From an uncultured delta proteobacterium (GTDB taxonomy: Bacteria; Myxococcota; Myxococcia; Myxococcales; Myxococcaceae): a stretch of 64,000 nucleotides of DNA. The notes under the pieces are model-generated. The model ran no database searches, had not been told where the DNA came from, and saw only the letters and a program-made list of their open reading frames with translations. Location: the NCBI GenBank assembly GCA_963771175.1, contig CAVYSY010000033.1:352001-416000 (forward strand), in the 5' to 3' direction. The first letter of the stretch is position 1. The number at the start of each line of letters is the position of its first letter. Of this stretch, positions 27,558-37,481 are shown piece by piece. A program made the translations under genes and the position numbers.

Positions 27558-28490
27558 CTACCAAAGAGAGGGGTTGGCGGGAGGCGCGTCCTCCAAGAAA
27601 GGCGTCACCATCGATTCGAGTACCTTCGACTCCCCTGAGAGCCCAATATGAGAGGTCGCGGGGAGGATCACCAACCGCGCCGCAGGAACCTTCGTGAGCA
27701 TCCCAGTTGAGGCCGCCTCCTCATCGCCTCCGCCCCGCAGCTTGAACATCGCCACTGCGTGTTCCAGCTTCACGCCATCCGCATCACCCACGATGACCAT
27801 CGTCTTGGCTGACATGGCGCGCATCTGAGCGTCGGTGATGTTCTGGTCGTTGATGTTCAACACCTTCATCTTCTCGATGTAAGCCTCGAACGCCTTGGGA
27901 TCAGCCGTGTGCTTCTTGAACGCTGCTTCGATTGGAGAACCTGCAAACACCTCGGCGCTCAGGCCCTCAATCGACTTGAACACCGCAGGGTACCAACCGT
28001 CCTTACGATAGGTGGCGGACAGCGAGACGAGCTTGTTGACGAGCGTGGGGTGACGCAACGCCAGCTGCAGTGCCACCCCTCCACCTTGGGAGTAGCCCAT
28101 CACATCCGCGCGCTCCACCTTCAGGGCCCGCAGCAATGCCGCAGCGTCATCGCCGAACTGCTCGTAAGACATCTTCCGCGACGTGTCCGCAGTTCGACCG
28201 TGGCCCTGTTGATCAAAGACAATCACCGGGCGCTTCGCAGCGAAGGCCGCCACCCAAGGCTTCATTGAGTCGGTGGATAAGAAAGCCCCAGGAATCAATA
28301 GCAACGGAGCTGTCTTGGACTTGCCCAGCTCTCCGTACACTTCGTAGTAGAGCTTCAAGCCGTTGATGGGCAGATGGCCACTGCGTGAAGGGCTCGGTCC
28401 TTGCGGCTTGGACGGTGGAGGCGACGACTCCGCAGCCCACGCCGTCACCCCCATGGCAACAAGTCCCATCACCACCATTCGTCGAAGCAT
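27558..28490 (-). CDS. Alpha/beta hydrolase with signal peptide
   Basis: FDQQGHGRT, GYSQGG nucleophile elbow, GDAD, ATSH. Confidence 0.88.
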   Translation of the reverse strand: MLRRMVVMGLVAMGVTAWAAESSPPPSKPQGPSPSRSGHLPINGLKLYYEVYGELGKSKTAPLLLIPGAFLSTDSMKPWVAAFAAKRPVIVFDQQGHGRTADTSRKMSYEQFGDDAAALLRALKVERADVMGYSQGGGVALQLALRHPTLVNKLVSLSATYRKDGWYPAVFKSIEGLSAEVFAGSPIEAAFKKHTADPKAFEAYIEKMKVLNINDQNITDAQMRAMSAKTMVIVGDADGVKLEHAVAMFKLRGGGDEEAASTGMLTKVPAARLVILPATSHIGLSGESKVLESMVTPFLEDAPPANPSLW

Positions 28491-28806
28491 CCGGCTGGCC
28501 TCCTCGAAAGAGAGCGCACCGCTTATGCCCGAGCAGACACGGAGCGTCGACGACTCACTTCTGCGATGTAGAGCACTTCACATCGTTAGGACAGCGGTGG
28601 GGTTCGACACGCGAATGCGGTAGCCCTTTCGTCCATTCTCGATAGGGGCGTAGCACTTGCCTTTGAAAAGCACGCTGCCGAATCAAGGCCTGATAACCTG
28701 CAGCCCGAGTGTACAACTCACCGACCGATCCCCTCGACCCGAACGCTGGACCTGCCGCGACGCTCCTCAAGCTGGTGGTGGTCTCGGGGCCCAGCACCGG
28801 CGCGGA

Positions 28807-28975
28807 GCTCCCTGCGGCGGCGAGGCCGAGCGAGGAGGAGGCACCCGCGGCAGCGGCAGCAGGGGTGGGCACGTGCAGGGGGCGTCAGCGCGCACCGAGG
28901 CTCGACCAGGCGGGACTGCTGCGCCGCGTTTTCAAGGTAGACGTCTTTCTCCTGCGCCAGATGCGGAGGCAGGCG
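28807..28975 (+). mobile_element. Third copy of the IS91-like transposase tail fragment
   Basis: Near-identical to the 23.1 kb and 25.3 kb copies; shares the ctcgaccagg variant with copy 2. Confidence 0.8.
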
Positions 28976-29177
28976 CACTTCGGCCGCTCCCATCCGCTCT
29001 ATCCGCATCGGGGTGGAGTATCATCGTGCCGATGACCGACTTGGAGTTGATGAACCGGCCCCCTCCATCTTCGGTGGAGGCGATGGCGCGGGCGGACGAC
29101 ATCATAGCGGAGCACTTCCCAGCGCCGGGCGACGTATCGGTCCCGGGAGGGAGTTCGCAGCCCCAGGAGTCTCGGCC

Positions 29178-29981
29178 GTGAGCGAATCGAACCAGCCCCC
29201 GCTGGACGCCGCCGAGCGCGAGTTCCTCCAGCTCGTGGAGAATGACGCTCCTGAGCCCGACCTCCAGGCGTTCTTGGAGCGCCGCCCCGCGTTCCTCGTG
29301 CTCCCCCACCTCCTCCACCACGGCCTGTTCGAGGACGTGGTGATCAGTCAGTTCCCGCTCGATACCTCGCTGGTCACTGACTTCGTGTACCTGACGAAGC
29401 ACAGCTCAGAGTGGCGCGTGGTCTTCGTGGAAATCGAGCGCGCCGGCAAGAAGCTTTTCAAGGCGAGCGCACCGTACCCGACCGAGCACCACGAGCTGAC
29501 GGCGGCGGTCGCCCAGGTGAAGACCTGGGCCGAATTCCTCCAGCGGTCCAGCGCGGAGGTGGTCCGTAGGTTGTCCCCTTTGATGAAGGGCTTGGCGCAG
29601 ATTCCGATCAACTTCCGATACGTGCTCGTGATCGGGCGGGACACCCAACTCGACTTGGACCACTCCCTGCGGCAGCGGTGGGCGAGCGAGTTCATCCCGG
29701 GCCTGTGCTGCGTCACCTGGGATACTCTTCTTCGGCACTACCGGAAGCAGCGCGACCAAGCTCTCCACCGCCGAGCTGCGATACAGCAAGCATTGGAAGG
29801 TCGTATCCAGGAGCTGTTCGGCCCGGACCCGCGCGGCGACCTCTGGGAGGCGGCGGACCGGGGAGATCCGCCCGTGGAGTGGCTTCCGAGGGAGCGTCCC
29901 AACGTGCTGTCCCTCACCCGAGCGCGCTACACCTTCAAGGCACTCCACAAAATGGGGAAGGTCGAATCTCGAGTCCTTTGA
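29178..29981 (+). CDS. Shedu (SduA)/DUF4263-like nuclease domain protein
   Basis: EPDLQAFL, TDFVYL, VEIE, AAVAQV..W, YVLVIGR and VTWDTLL occur in the order typical of DUF4263; GGAG before GTG 29178. Confidence 0.72.
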   Translation: MSESNQPPLDAAEREFLQLVENDAPEPDLQAFLERRPAFLVLPHLLHHGLFEDVVISQFPLDTSLVTDFVYLTKHSSEWRVVFVEIERAGKKLFKASAPYPTEHHELTAAVAQVKTWAEFLQRSSAEVVRRLSPLMKGLAQIPINFRYVLVIGRDTQLDLDHSLRQRWASEFIPGLCCVTWDTLLRHYRKQRDQALHRRAAIQQALEGRIQELFGPDPRGDLWEAADRGDPPVEWLPRERPNVLSLTRARYTFKALHKMGKVESRVL

Positions 29982-30026
29982 CACCTCTCGAGAGACACCT
30001 CTCGAGAGGGGACGTGAGGAAAAGCC

Positions 30027-31257
30027 ATGGATTTTCGAGCTCGACTGGAGGCGCTCTCTGAGTTGCTCGGGCCCTGGTCCGAGCTCTGGTCTCGCTCCAT
30101 CCTCCAGAATTGGCCGGAGTCCGGCGCCGCCTATCCCGACTCCTGGCTGTCCTATGCGGAATCCCTCGATGAAACGGGAGAGCGGAGGCTGGACCAGGGG
30201 GAGCTTCCCGGTGAGTCCGCCGGCGTCGCTGCATGCGCTCCTGCTCGCGCTTCAGCGGCTGACCGGGCTGCCCTGGCACCAGGGTGTCCATGGGCTGACC
30301 ACGACGGAGGCCCAGGGGCTCAACGCCAAGAAGACCCATGAGATCGAGCGGGTCCTCGCCCTGCTCGCGCCGAGGACGCAGGCCATCCGCCAGGCGGTCG
30401 ATATCGGTGGCGGAATGGGACATCTCGCGCGCCTCTGTGTGAGGACCTTCGACTGGACCTTCCACAGCATCGATCGGGATGCCGCGCTGCAGGAGAAGGG
30501 CCGGGACTGGCTGCGAAGAACCCGGAGCCTGCCGCGGGACAAGCTGGGCTTCCTCCACGCCTCCGTCGAGGATGGGCCGCAGAGCGAGCTCGACCCGCTC
30601 TTCCGCGGCCGGGACCGGGCCTCGCTCGGCCTGCACACCTGCGGGCCGCTCGCCCTCACGCAGATTCGCAAGAGCCAGGACGCGGGCTTCCTCCTGAACG
30701 TGGGCTGCTGCTACGACAAGCTGGACGCCGCACGGGACTACCCGGTCTCCCGCTTTGGGGAAACCCACCGCCTGCCCTTCACACGGTACGCCCTGGCGCT
30801 GGCGACGCGGGAACGGCACCACAAGAGCGGGGCCGAGTTCGCGCTGATGAAACGGGTGTATGCGCACCGCTTCGCGTTCGAGCTCCTATCGAGGAGGGAG
30901 TTTCCCGAGCGCGGCTTCGTGCGGGCGGGGGATGCGCCCAGGGCGCTCTATGCCGGGAGCTTCGCCGTCTATGCGAGGAACCGGCTGGAGCGCCTGGGAC
31001 TCGAGACCCGCATGACGGACGCCGGGCTGGAGGCCTTCGAGGTGTCCGTCCGCTCCGAAACGAGGCGCATCCTCCTCTGTCATCTGCTGCGGGAGCGGTT
31101 CGCGAGGGCGCTGGAGGTCGTGCTCCTGCTCGACCGCGCGATCCTCCTGGAGGAGATGGGCTTCCGGGTCGAGCTCCTGCAGGTCTTCGACCCGCGCCTG
31201 TCCCCCCGCAACATCGCGCTCATCGCGTCCAACGCATCATCACCGCCATCGCGGTGA
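30027..31257 (+). CDS. SAM-dependent methyltransferase (Methyltransf_32/METTL25-like), one apparent frameshift near 30210
   Basis: KKTHEI, VDIGGGMGHL, GLHTCGPL, VGCCY, SPRNIAL. Confidence 0.78.
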
Positions 31258-31372
31258 ACTGTTTACCCAGGGATGCGGACTGGAAGTTCCTGATGACCCG
31301 AGCAGCGGGCTCCGCCCACCAGAACAACAAGTTGCGCCTCGGCCGGCGTGTGGCTCCAGGGGGCTGCACGGC

Positions 31373-33379
31373 TCACAGCTCGATGCGGTTGCGGCCCTGG
31401 ACCTTGGCCCGGTACAGACGCTCGTCCGCCAGGCGCAGCAGCGTCTCCAGGTCGGCGCCGTCCCCAGGCATCTCCGCGAGCCCGGCGCTGAAGGTGACGC
31501 GGAAGCGCTGGCCCTTGTCCCCCTCGAATTCGATCCGCGACAGCTCCGCCGCCGTGCGCGCCAGGATGTCCCGCGCCCTGTCCGCCGTGGCTCCCAGCAG
31601 GGCCACCACGAACTCCTCGCCCCCCCACCGGCACCGCAGGTCCTCCCGGCGGAAGCGCGTCGCCAGCAGTCGTCCCATCTGCATCAGCACCCGGTCTCCC
31701 GCCAGGTGCCCATGGGTGTCGTTCACCTTCTTGAAGTGATCCACGTCCAGGAAGCCCAGCGTCAGCGGCCGGCTCAGCCGCTGGGCATCCGCCAGCCGCG
31801 CGCGCAGGTTGTCCAGGAAGGGGCGGCGCAGCAACAGCCCCGTGAGGGCATCGCGCTCGGCGCGCTCGCGCGCCAGCCGCGTCCGCTCCAGCCGGGACTG
31901 CACGCGGGCCCACAGCTCCTCGCGCAGCACCGGCTTGGCGAGGTAGTCGTCCGCGCCCGACCGGAAGGCCGCCACCCGGAACTCCACCCCCGTGTGGGTG
32001 GTGATGAAGAGGATGGGCAGCTCCCGCCACTCGGGCATGGAGCGCACGATGCGGCACAGGTCGAACCCGCTGGGGCCTGGCATCTCCACATCCAGCAGCA
32101 GCAGGTCCGGCCGGTGCTCGGCCAGCGCCTCCACCAGGCGATAGGGGTCTCCTATCCCCACCACCTCCACCAGGGCGCTGGTCAGGGCGGCGCTGAGGAC
32201 ACGCACCGCTTCGGGGTCATCATCCAGCACCAGCACGCGTGAGCGTTCCGGGCGTCGGGCGGCCACCATCCGCTCCACCGCCTCCGTCAGGTCACGCGCG
32301 GAGAAGGGCCGGGGCAGGTAGAGGGACGCACCGGCATGGGCCGCCGCCACCCGGTAGGCCACGTCTCCCTCCGTTCCGAAGAAGGCCAGCGGCAGGGACT
32401 GCAACCCGTCCTCACCGCGCAATCGCGCCGCCGTGGTGAAGCCTCCCTCCCGGCCTCCCAGGTTGACGTGCAGCAGCGCTCCATCCAGCTCCCGCCGCCG
32501 CGCGGCCGCCACCACCTCGTCCGCGCTGCGAGCCGTCACCACCCGCACCAGCAGGTCCTTCCCCATCCGCTCCACTTCGGCCAGCCACGCCTCATCCTCG
32601 TCCGCCACCAACACCGTGCCCTGGGATTGCACCGGGCCCGCGCTCTCCACCAGCGTGGACACCGCGCCCTGGGCCACCTCGGCCAGTTCTCGCAACGCCC
32701 TGCGCACGGAGCCCGGGTCCACCGGGGCCTTGTCGTCCCGGGCCTGTTTCAGCAATGCCTCCAGGCGCCCCGCCGCCGCGCTCACGGCGCCGAAGCCACA
32801 GGAGCCCGCCGTCCCATGCAGCTTGTGGGCATGCAGGTACGCCTCCCGCAGGGACTCGCGCTCGCCTTGCAGCACCCGATCCACCACCGCCGTCAGCAGC
32901 CGGATCTTCTCTCCCAGCTGGGCGCCATACTCGGAGCTCAGCGCCGCCATGGCGGTGATCACCTCGTCACTGGCGCCCTCCAACAGCGACGCGGAGCGCG
33001 AGTCCGCTGGCTCGGCCAGCACCTGCTCCACCCAGAAGAACAGCTCCTGGGGGGTGTAGGGCTTGTGCACCACCCGCGCCACCCTGAGCTGCCGGTTGAG
33101 GTGGTCGTGGCTCGTGAGATCCTTCCAGAAGGCGGAGGCGAAGACGATGGGGAGGGTCGGCTCCGTCTGGCGCAGTTCCTGGATGAACTCCACCCCGCTC
33201 ATCCCCGGGAGCATTCCATCCACGATGGTGGCGTCCACCCGGACGCGTGCCAGCACCTCGCGCGCCTCCGCGGCGGTTCGGGCCGACTCCACACGGTAGC
33301 CCCGATCACGCAGGTAGGTGGAGATGAGCGACTGCAGGTCTGCATCGTCATCGAGGAAGAGAAGCGTTCCGCGACTCAT
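31373..33379 (-). CDS. REC-Hpt-REC-REC-GGDEF diguanylate cyclase
   Basis: Receiver motifs, Hpt AHKLHGTAG, DVDHFKKVNDTHGH, RRED I-site and GGEEF. Confidence 0.92.
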   Translation of the reverse strand: MSRGTLLFLDDDADLQSLISTYLRDRGYRVESARTAAEAREVLARVRVDATIVDGMLPGMSGVEFIQELRQTEPTLPIVFASAFWKDLTSHDHLNRQLRVARVVHKPYTPQELFFWVEQVLAEPADSRSASLLEGASDEVITAMAALSSEYGAQLGEKIRLLTAVVDRVLQGERESLREAYLHAHKLHGTAGSCGFGAVSAAAGRLEALLKQARDDKAPVDPGSVRRALRELAEVAQGAVSTLVESAGPVQSQGTVLVADEDEAWLAEVERMGKDLLVRVVTARSADEVVAAARRRELDGALLHVNLGGREGGFTTAARLRGEDGLQSLPLAFFGTEGDVAYRVAAAHAGASLYLPRPFSARDLTEAVERMVAARRPERSRVLVLDDDPEAVRVLSAALTSALVEVVGIGDPYRLVEALAEHRPDLLLLDVEMPGPSGFDLCRIVRSMPEWRELPILFITTHTGVEFRVAAFRSGADDYLAKPVLREELWARVQSRLERTRLARERAERDALTGLLLRRPFLDNLRARLADAQRLSRPLTLGFLDVDHFKKVNDTHGHLAGDRVLMQMGRLLATRFRREDLRCRWGGEEFVVALLGATADRARDILARTAAELSRIEFEGDKGQRFRVTFSAGLAEMPGDGADLETLLRLADERLYRAKVQGRNRIEL

Positions 33380-33687
33380 ACGGACACCTCGGGCGGGGCG
33401 GGTGGAATCATGGGAGGGCTCGCAGGGAGGCGGGCGGGTATGGCGTGCCAGTCTAGCGAGGCCGAATCGGGGACGGGCGTGCATGTTCAGTGAAGCACCT
33501 CACTTCACGCGGAGTGGTGCTCCAACTGCACCGGCTCGGCCCACTCCTCCGCGAAGCGCCCCTGCGCTGCGGCCATGTCCTGGCGCCTCCGCTCGCCCCA
33601 GCGCTTCGAGCAGGTGGGACAAGCAAGCGGTGCGCTGGGTGCGCAGGCGCTACGGGCAAGCCCACTCGCCCGCGGCCCCCAGCAGCG

Positions 33688-33753
33688 TCTTGGCGTGGAG
33701 GTCCTCCGCGAAGAGGCCGGAGAGGAATTCATGGACCTGCTGCTCGTTGATAA
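33688..33753 (-). pseudogene. Possible short IS4-family transposase N-terminal remnant
   Basis: Translates as INEQQVHEFLSGLFAEDLHAK, which from memory resembles myxobacterial IS4 transposase N-termini; no full ORF. Confidence 0.35.
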
Positions 33754-33871
33754 ATGAGGGGATGCCTGAGGGGATAGACGTTACCGCGCCAACGCGAGGG
33801 GTGACGGCGGCGAGCACGCTGGTACACCTGGTCGCGCTGTGCCAGCAGTTGAGCCTCGCGGCCGGACGCGC

Positions 33872-34567
33872 CTACCCGCCGGAAGCGAGCTTCTTTCGCC
33901 GAGCAAGCTCCGCTTCGGTCGGCTTGTCCAACGCGAACGACCCGGTCTTCACCTCTCCGGCGCGTTCGTACGTCGCGATGACGACACCAGTCGGTGAGAC
34001 AGCGGACTTCGTGAGCTTCAATGCACCGGGCGCGATGCCGGGCCCGAACAGCCGTTTCCCCCGGCCGAGCAGCACCGGGTAGATGAGGAGACGCAGCTCA
34101 TCGACGAGCTGATCCGCGAGCAACGTCTGGAGCAGCTCGCTGCTGCCCTGAACGAGCAACACCGGACCCTCCTGCTTCTTGAGCGCGCGCACCGCGTCCG
34201 CGACGTCCTCGCCGAGCCACTGCGTGTTCTTCCAGGTGAGCGTCTCGGGGGAGTGGGTGGCCACGTACTTGGTCGCGCGGTTGAACGTCTCCGCGACCTG
34301 AGCGTTCAGCGTGTCGAAGGTGCTCTTCGAAGGATCGGTCTGGATGTAGGGCCAATACGCCGCGAAGATGTCGTAGGTGCGCCGGCCGAGAAGAAGGTCG
34401 AAGGGCTGCGAAAAGCCTTCGCCGAGCGACGCACCAATGGTGTCATCCGAATACGGCATCGTCCAGCCGCCGAACTGGAAGCCACCGGTCGGATCCTCCT
34501 CCGGACCACCCGGCGCCTGCATCACGCCATCGAGACTGACGAATACTCCGGCCACGACTCTTCGCAT
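33872..34567 (-). CDS. Dihydrofolate reductase-like (RibD C-terminal domain) protein
   Basis: FVSLDGVMQAPGGPEED, LLLGRRTY, QGSSEL, PVLLGRGKRLF. Confidence 0.9.
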   Translation of the reverse strand: MRRVVAGVFVSLDGVMQAPGGPEEDPTGGFQFGGWTMPYSDDTIGASLGEGFSQPFDLLLGRRTYDIFAAYWPYIQTDPSKSTFDTLNAQVAETFNRATKYVATHSPETLTWKNTQWLGEDVADAVRALKKQEGPVLLVQGSSELLQTLLADQLVDELRLLIYPVLLGRGKRLFGPGIAPGALKLTKSAVSPTGVVIATYERAGEVKTGSFALDKPTEAELARRKKLASGG

Positions 34568-34887
34568 GGAGCTGCTCCTTCGAAAGGGGTTCAGACCTAC
34601 GACGAACGGTCCCGGCGGGGATCGACATGGCCGCGAAGATTTTTTCCCGGTCCGCGGCAGTGCAGGGCCGACACGAGCCGGCTCCACAGCTCGCCGCCGG
34701 TACGGCCATCATCGGCGGAGAGTGAGCGTGTCCATGCACGGTAGCCAGGCCCAGCCCGGGCCTCGTCGTTGTCGAACCTTCATGAATGTTCCCCCTTGAG
34801 GAGCCAGAGGCTCCCGCCGCGAAGCTCTACACGGCCCTGCCCGCCTTCAAGCGACCTGCACCGGGGGGAGAGGCGAGCGGCAATGGG

Positions 34888-35315
34888 GCATAGGAAAGCC
34901 CAGCACTCATCACGTACACTGCTCATCCCTGGACCTCCTTCGAAACAGCCGTCACGGGCCCGCGGGCGCAGCGGGTCCGTAGAGCTCGAGCTCCGAGACA
35001 GAGTACGAGTTGTCTTCCCACTCCAGCACCCCCATGTGGCACACGGCTGACCTGGCCGCACTGGCTTGAGGAGAGCGGCAGGGAGTTGTGGGTCGTGGCT
35101 GCGCCAAACTCAACACCACGCCTGCTGGGGTAGCCCCTGCGCCGGGGCTCGCCTGGCAGGCCGCGTGGGCAGTCCCAGGTGCTCCACAATGGCGCGCCCC
35201 CCGCTGGGTGCTGTCTCGTACGCCAGCACTCGCCGCCTGCCTCCACACCTCACGCAGGCTCACGCCTCCCTCCCCTGGCACGAAGACTCCGTCCGGTACC
35301 AGCGCATGGGTGACC
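34888..35315 (-). mobile_element. Internally deleted IS91-family remnant, inverted relative to the 23 kb copy
   Basis: HALVPDGVF joined to CVRCGGRRRVLAY...IVEHLGLP; downstream CTTTCCTATGC oriIS-like end. Confidence 0.6.
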
Positions 35316-35402
35316 CGCCAAGCTCTTACTCGACTTCCCTGAAGGGGGTTGGCACACGCCCCCACCCACTCGGGAGAGGTCCCCGGGCAGGCGAGCACTC
35401 GC

Positions 35403-37481
35403 TCAACTCCACTTCATGTAGAGGTTGCCCACCCGGTACACCATGTTGGGCGTGTACCCGAGCGCCAGTTCCTCGGCCGGTACGGGCTCCCACTTCCCGG
35501 TGCGCTGCACCTTTCGCTCGAGCCCTCCCGCGGTGACGAAGCGCGTGGAGCCACCGGGCCCCGCTTCGAGCACGAGCACGGCCGCACGCGGAGAGCGCAC
35601 GAAGTCGCCTCCCGCGTTCAGGCACATCCGGGCGTTGCGGTAGAAACCACGGGTGCCACCGGGAGTCTCGCGCAGAGTGAGGGCCGAGGCGCGCTTGAGC
35701 CCCATCTCCGAGCCCGCCACGTAGACGCTGGCGGCCGGGTCGAAGTCGCTCGGCCGGACGAAGCCCATGACGACCCAGCCGAAGAAGAGCATGCCCCCCG
35801 CCAGGGCGAGCCAGGGCCACCAGCAGCGCAGCCAGCCCGTCTCCGACACCCTCACGAGTGCCGGGACCGTCACGGCGGCGGCGGCGTAGTGCGGGTGGCC
35901 GGCGGCGAAGAGCACCCCGATTCCCGGCGGGGCGAGCTGTCCGCAGCACCCCTCGGCGACGAAGCAGATTTCATACTTGAGCGGCTGTCCCTTGCGGCCA
36001 TTGCCCAGGTCCGCCTCGGAGCCCGCGACGGGCGCGCAGGAGAGCAGGCCTCCCTCCACAATCCCCTGCGCGGTGCAGGAGATGGGGACACGGTCCGCGT
36101 TGGTGGAGCGAGACAGGTCCACCACCGAGCACCGGCGCGTCTCGCTTCGCTCTCCCCGCCACTCGCCGAAGTCGAGCGAGGCCGGATTGGGCACCAGGGC
36201 GAGGTCGAGGAAGCCCTCCACCTGCACGGCCCGGCGCGCGCTCTGCTCCATCCACGCGTTGCGGAAGGTCACCGACACCGGCGTGGACGCGCCGTCCCGC
36301 GAGGGCTCCGAGGGCGTCCAGTCCGCCACGAAGCGCCCTCCCCCGGTGTGGCGCAGGGGCACCTCCTGGCCGTCGATGGTGGCCACTGCCGCGAAGCCGT
36401 CCGCCTGGAAGAAGGTCTCGTCGTCGAAGGTCTTCCCGCGGAAGAGCAGCCGTGCGTCGAGCTGCACCGGCTCGCCTACTCGCGCGGTGGGAGGCACGGC
36501 TAGCGAGGCCTCGAGGTCGTACCGAAGGATGAGGCCGTAATCGATGTCGCCCGACCCCTTCGGCAGCGACAGCGTCCAGCGACTGCGCGCGTCCGGCGAG
36601 TTGGGCGCACGAAAGACCTGGTAGTTGCGGTGCGGGGGCCGGCACAGCTTGGGCGCGTTGGCGTAACGGAGATTCGGCGGGCAGCCGTTGTCACCCGAGG
36701 CCTGGGACGGGACGTTGCCCTGGGGCCCCTCCAGCTTCGCGGTATAGGCGGGCCCGGGCGAGGCGGACGCCGTGGCCACCAGCACCTCCACCACGTACTT
36801 GCCCACCTCGAAAGTCTTCGACTGGCCGGGGGACAGCGAGCCCGTCTCCGGCCGTGAGCCGAGGACGCGGGCATAGCCCCGGGTGAAGGCGCCAATCACC
36901 TCGCGCGGCGTCTGGACGAAGACGAGGTCCTGCGGGTTGCGCGCCAGCGGACGGAGGAACTGCTCGCCCGTCTGGCGGACCTCGTCGCTGCCGAAGAGGC
37001 CGATGACCAGCGTCTCGAAGTCGGCCGACTCGGAGAGGCCAAGGGACCGGGGACCCTCGGAGGGGTCCCTCAGGTCCTCGGGGATGCCGTCGGTGAAGAA
37101 GAGGAACAGCCGGTTCTGGAGCGCCGAGCTTCGCAGCCGGTTGCCCGCCTCTTCCAGCGGGCGGCGGAAGAAGGTGCCGTTCGCGTAGGGCAGCGCGCGA
37201 ATGTCGTCCGCGCTCTGGGCCGGGCGAGGCGGGGCGTCCTTGCCATCACCAAAGGCCAGCACGCTGACCCGGTCGGCCGAGCCACGTGCCAGTCCCTCGA
37301 CGACGAGCGTGCCGAGCACCGCGGCGCGCTCGGGGTCATTGGGAGGCACCCGGCGCCCCGTCGTCTGGTCCCGGGCCTCCACGCCCATGGAGCACGAGTT
37401 GTCGAGGATGAGGACGATCTCGTTGCCACCGCCGGCCGCGCCGGTGAGGAGCAGGGGCAGGACGAGCTGCGCGAACGTCAT
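35403..37481 (-). CDS. vWA-domain membrane protein
   Basis: Signal peptide, MIDAS ILDNSCSM, NGT, FFTDG; Cys-rich segment, TM helix and C-terminal tail of about 115 aa. Confidence 0.85.
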   Translation of the reverse strand: MTFAQLVLPLLLTGAAGGGNEIVLILDNSCSMGVEARDQTTGRRVPPNDPERAAVLGTLVVEGLARGSADRVSVLAFGDGKDAPPRPAQSADDIRALPYANGTFFRRPLEEAGNRLRSSALQNRLFLFFTDGIPEDLRDPSEGPRSLGLSESADFETLVIGLFGSDEVRQTGEQFLRPLARNPQDLVFVQTPREVIGAFTRGYARVLGSRPETGSLSPGQSKTFEVGKYVVEVLVATASASPGPAYTAKLEGPQGNVPSQASGDNGCPPNLRYANAPKLCRPPHRNYQVFRAPNSPDARSRWTLSLPKGSGDIDYGLILRYDLEASLAVPPTARVGEPVQLDARLLFRGKTFDDETFFQADGFAAVATIDGQEVPLRHTGGGRFVADWTPSEPSRDGASTPVSVTFRNAWMEQSARRAVQVEGFLDLALVPNPASLDFGEWRGERSETRRCSVVDLSRSTNADRVPISCTAQGIVEGGLLSCAPVAGSEADLGNGRKGQPLKYEICFVAEGCCGQLAPPGIGVLFAAGHPHYAAAAVTVPALVRVSETGWLRCWWPWLALAGGMLFFGWVVMGFVRPSDFDPAASVYVAGSEMGLKRASALTLRETPGGTRGFYRNARMCLNAGGDFVRSPRAAVLVLEAGPGGSTRFVTAGGLERKVQRTGKWEPVPAEELALGYTPNMVYRVGNLYMKWS

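Noticed and set aside
33434..33450. Sigma-54 promoter upstream of the diguanylate cyclase (TGGCACG on the minus strand)
   Set aside because: No TTGC -12 element at the required spacing.
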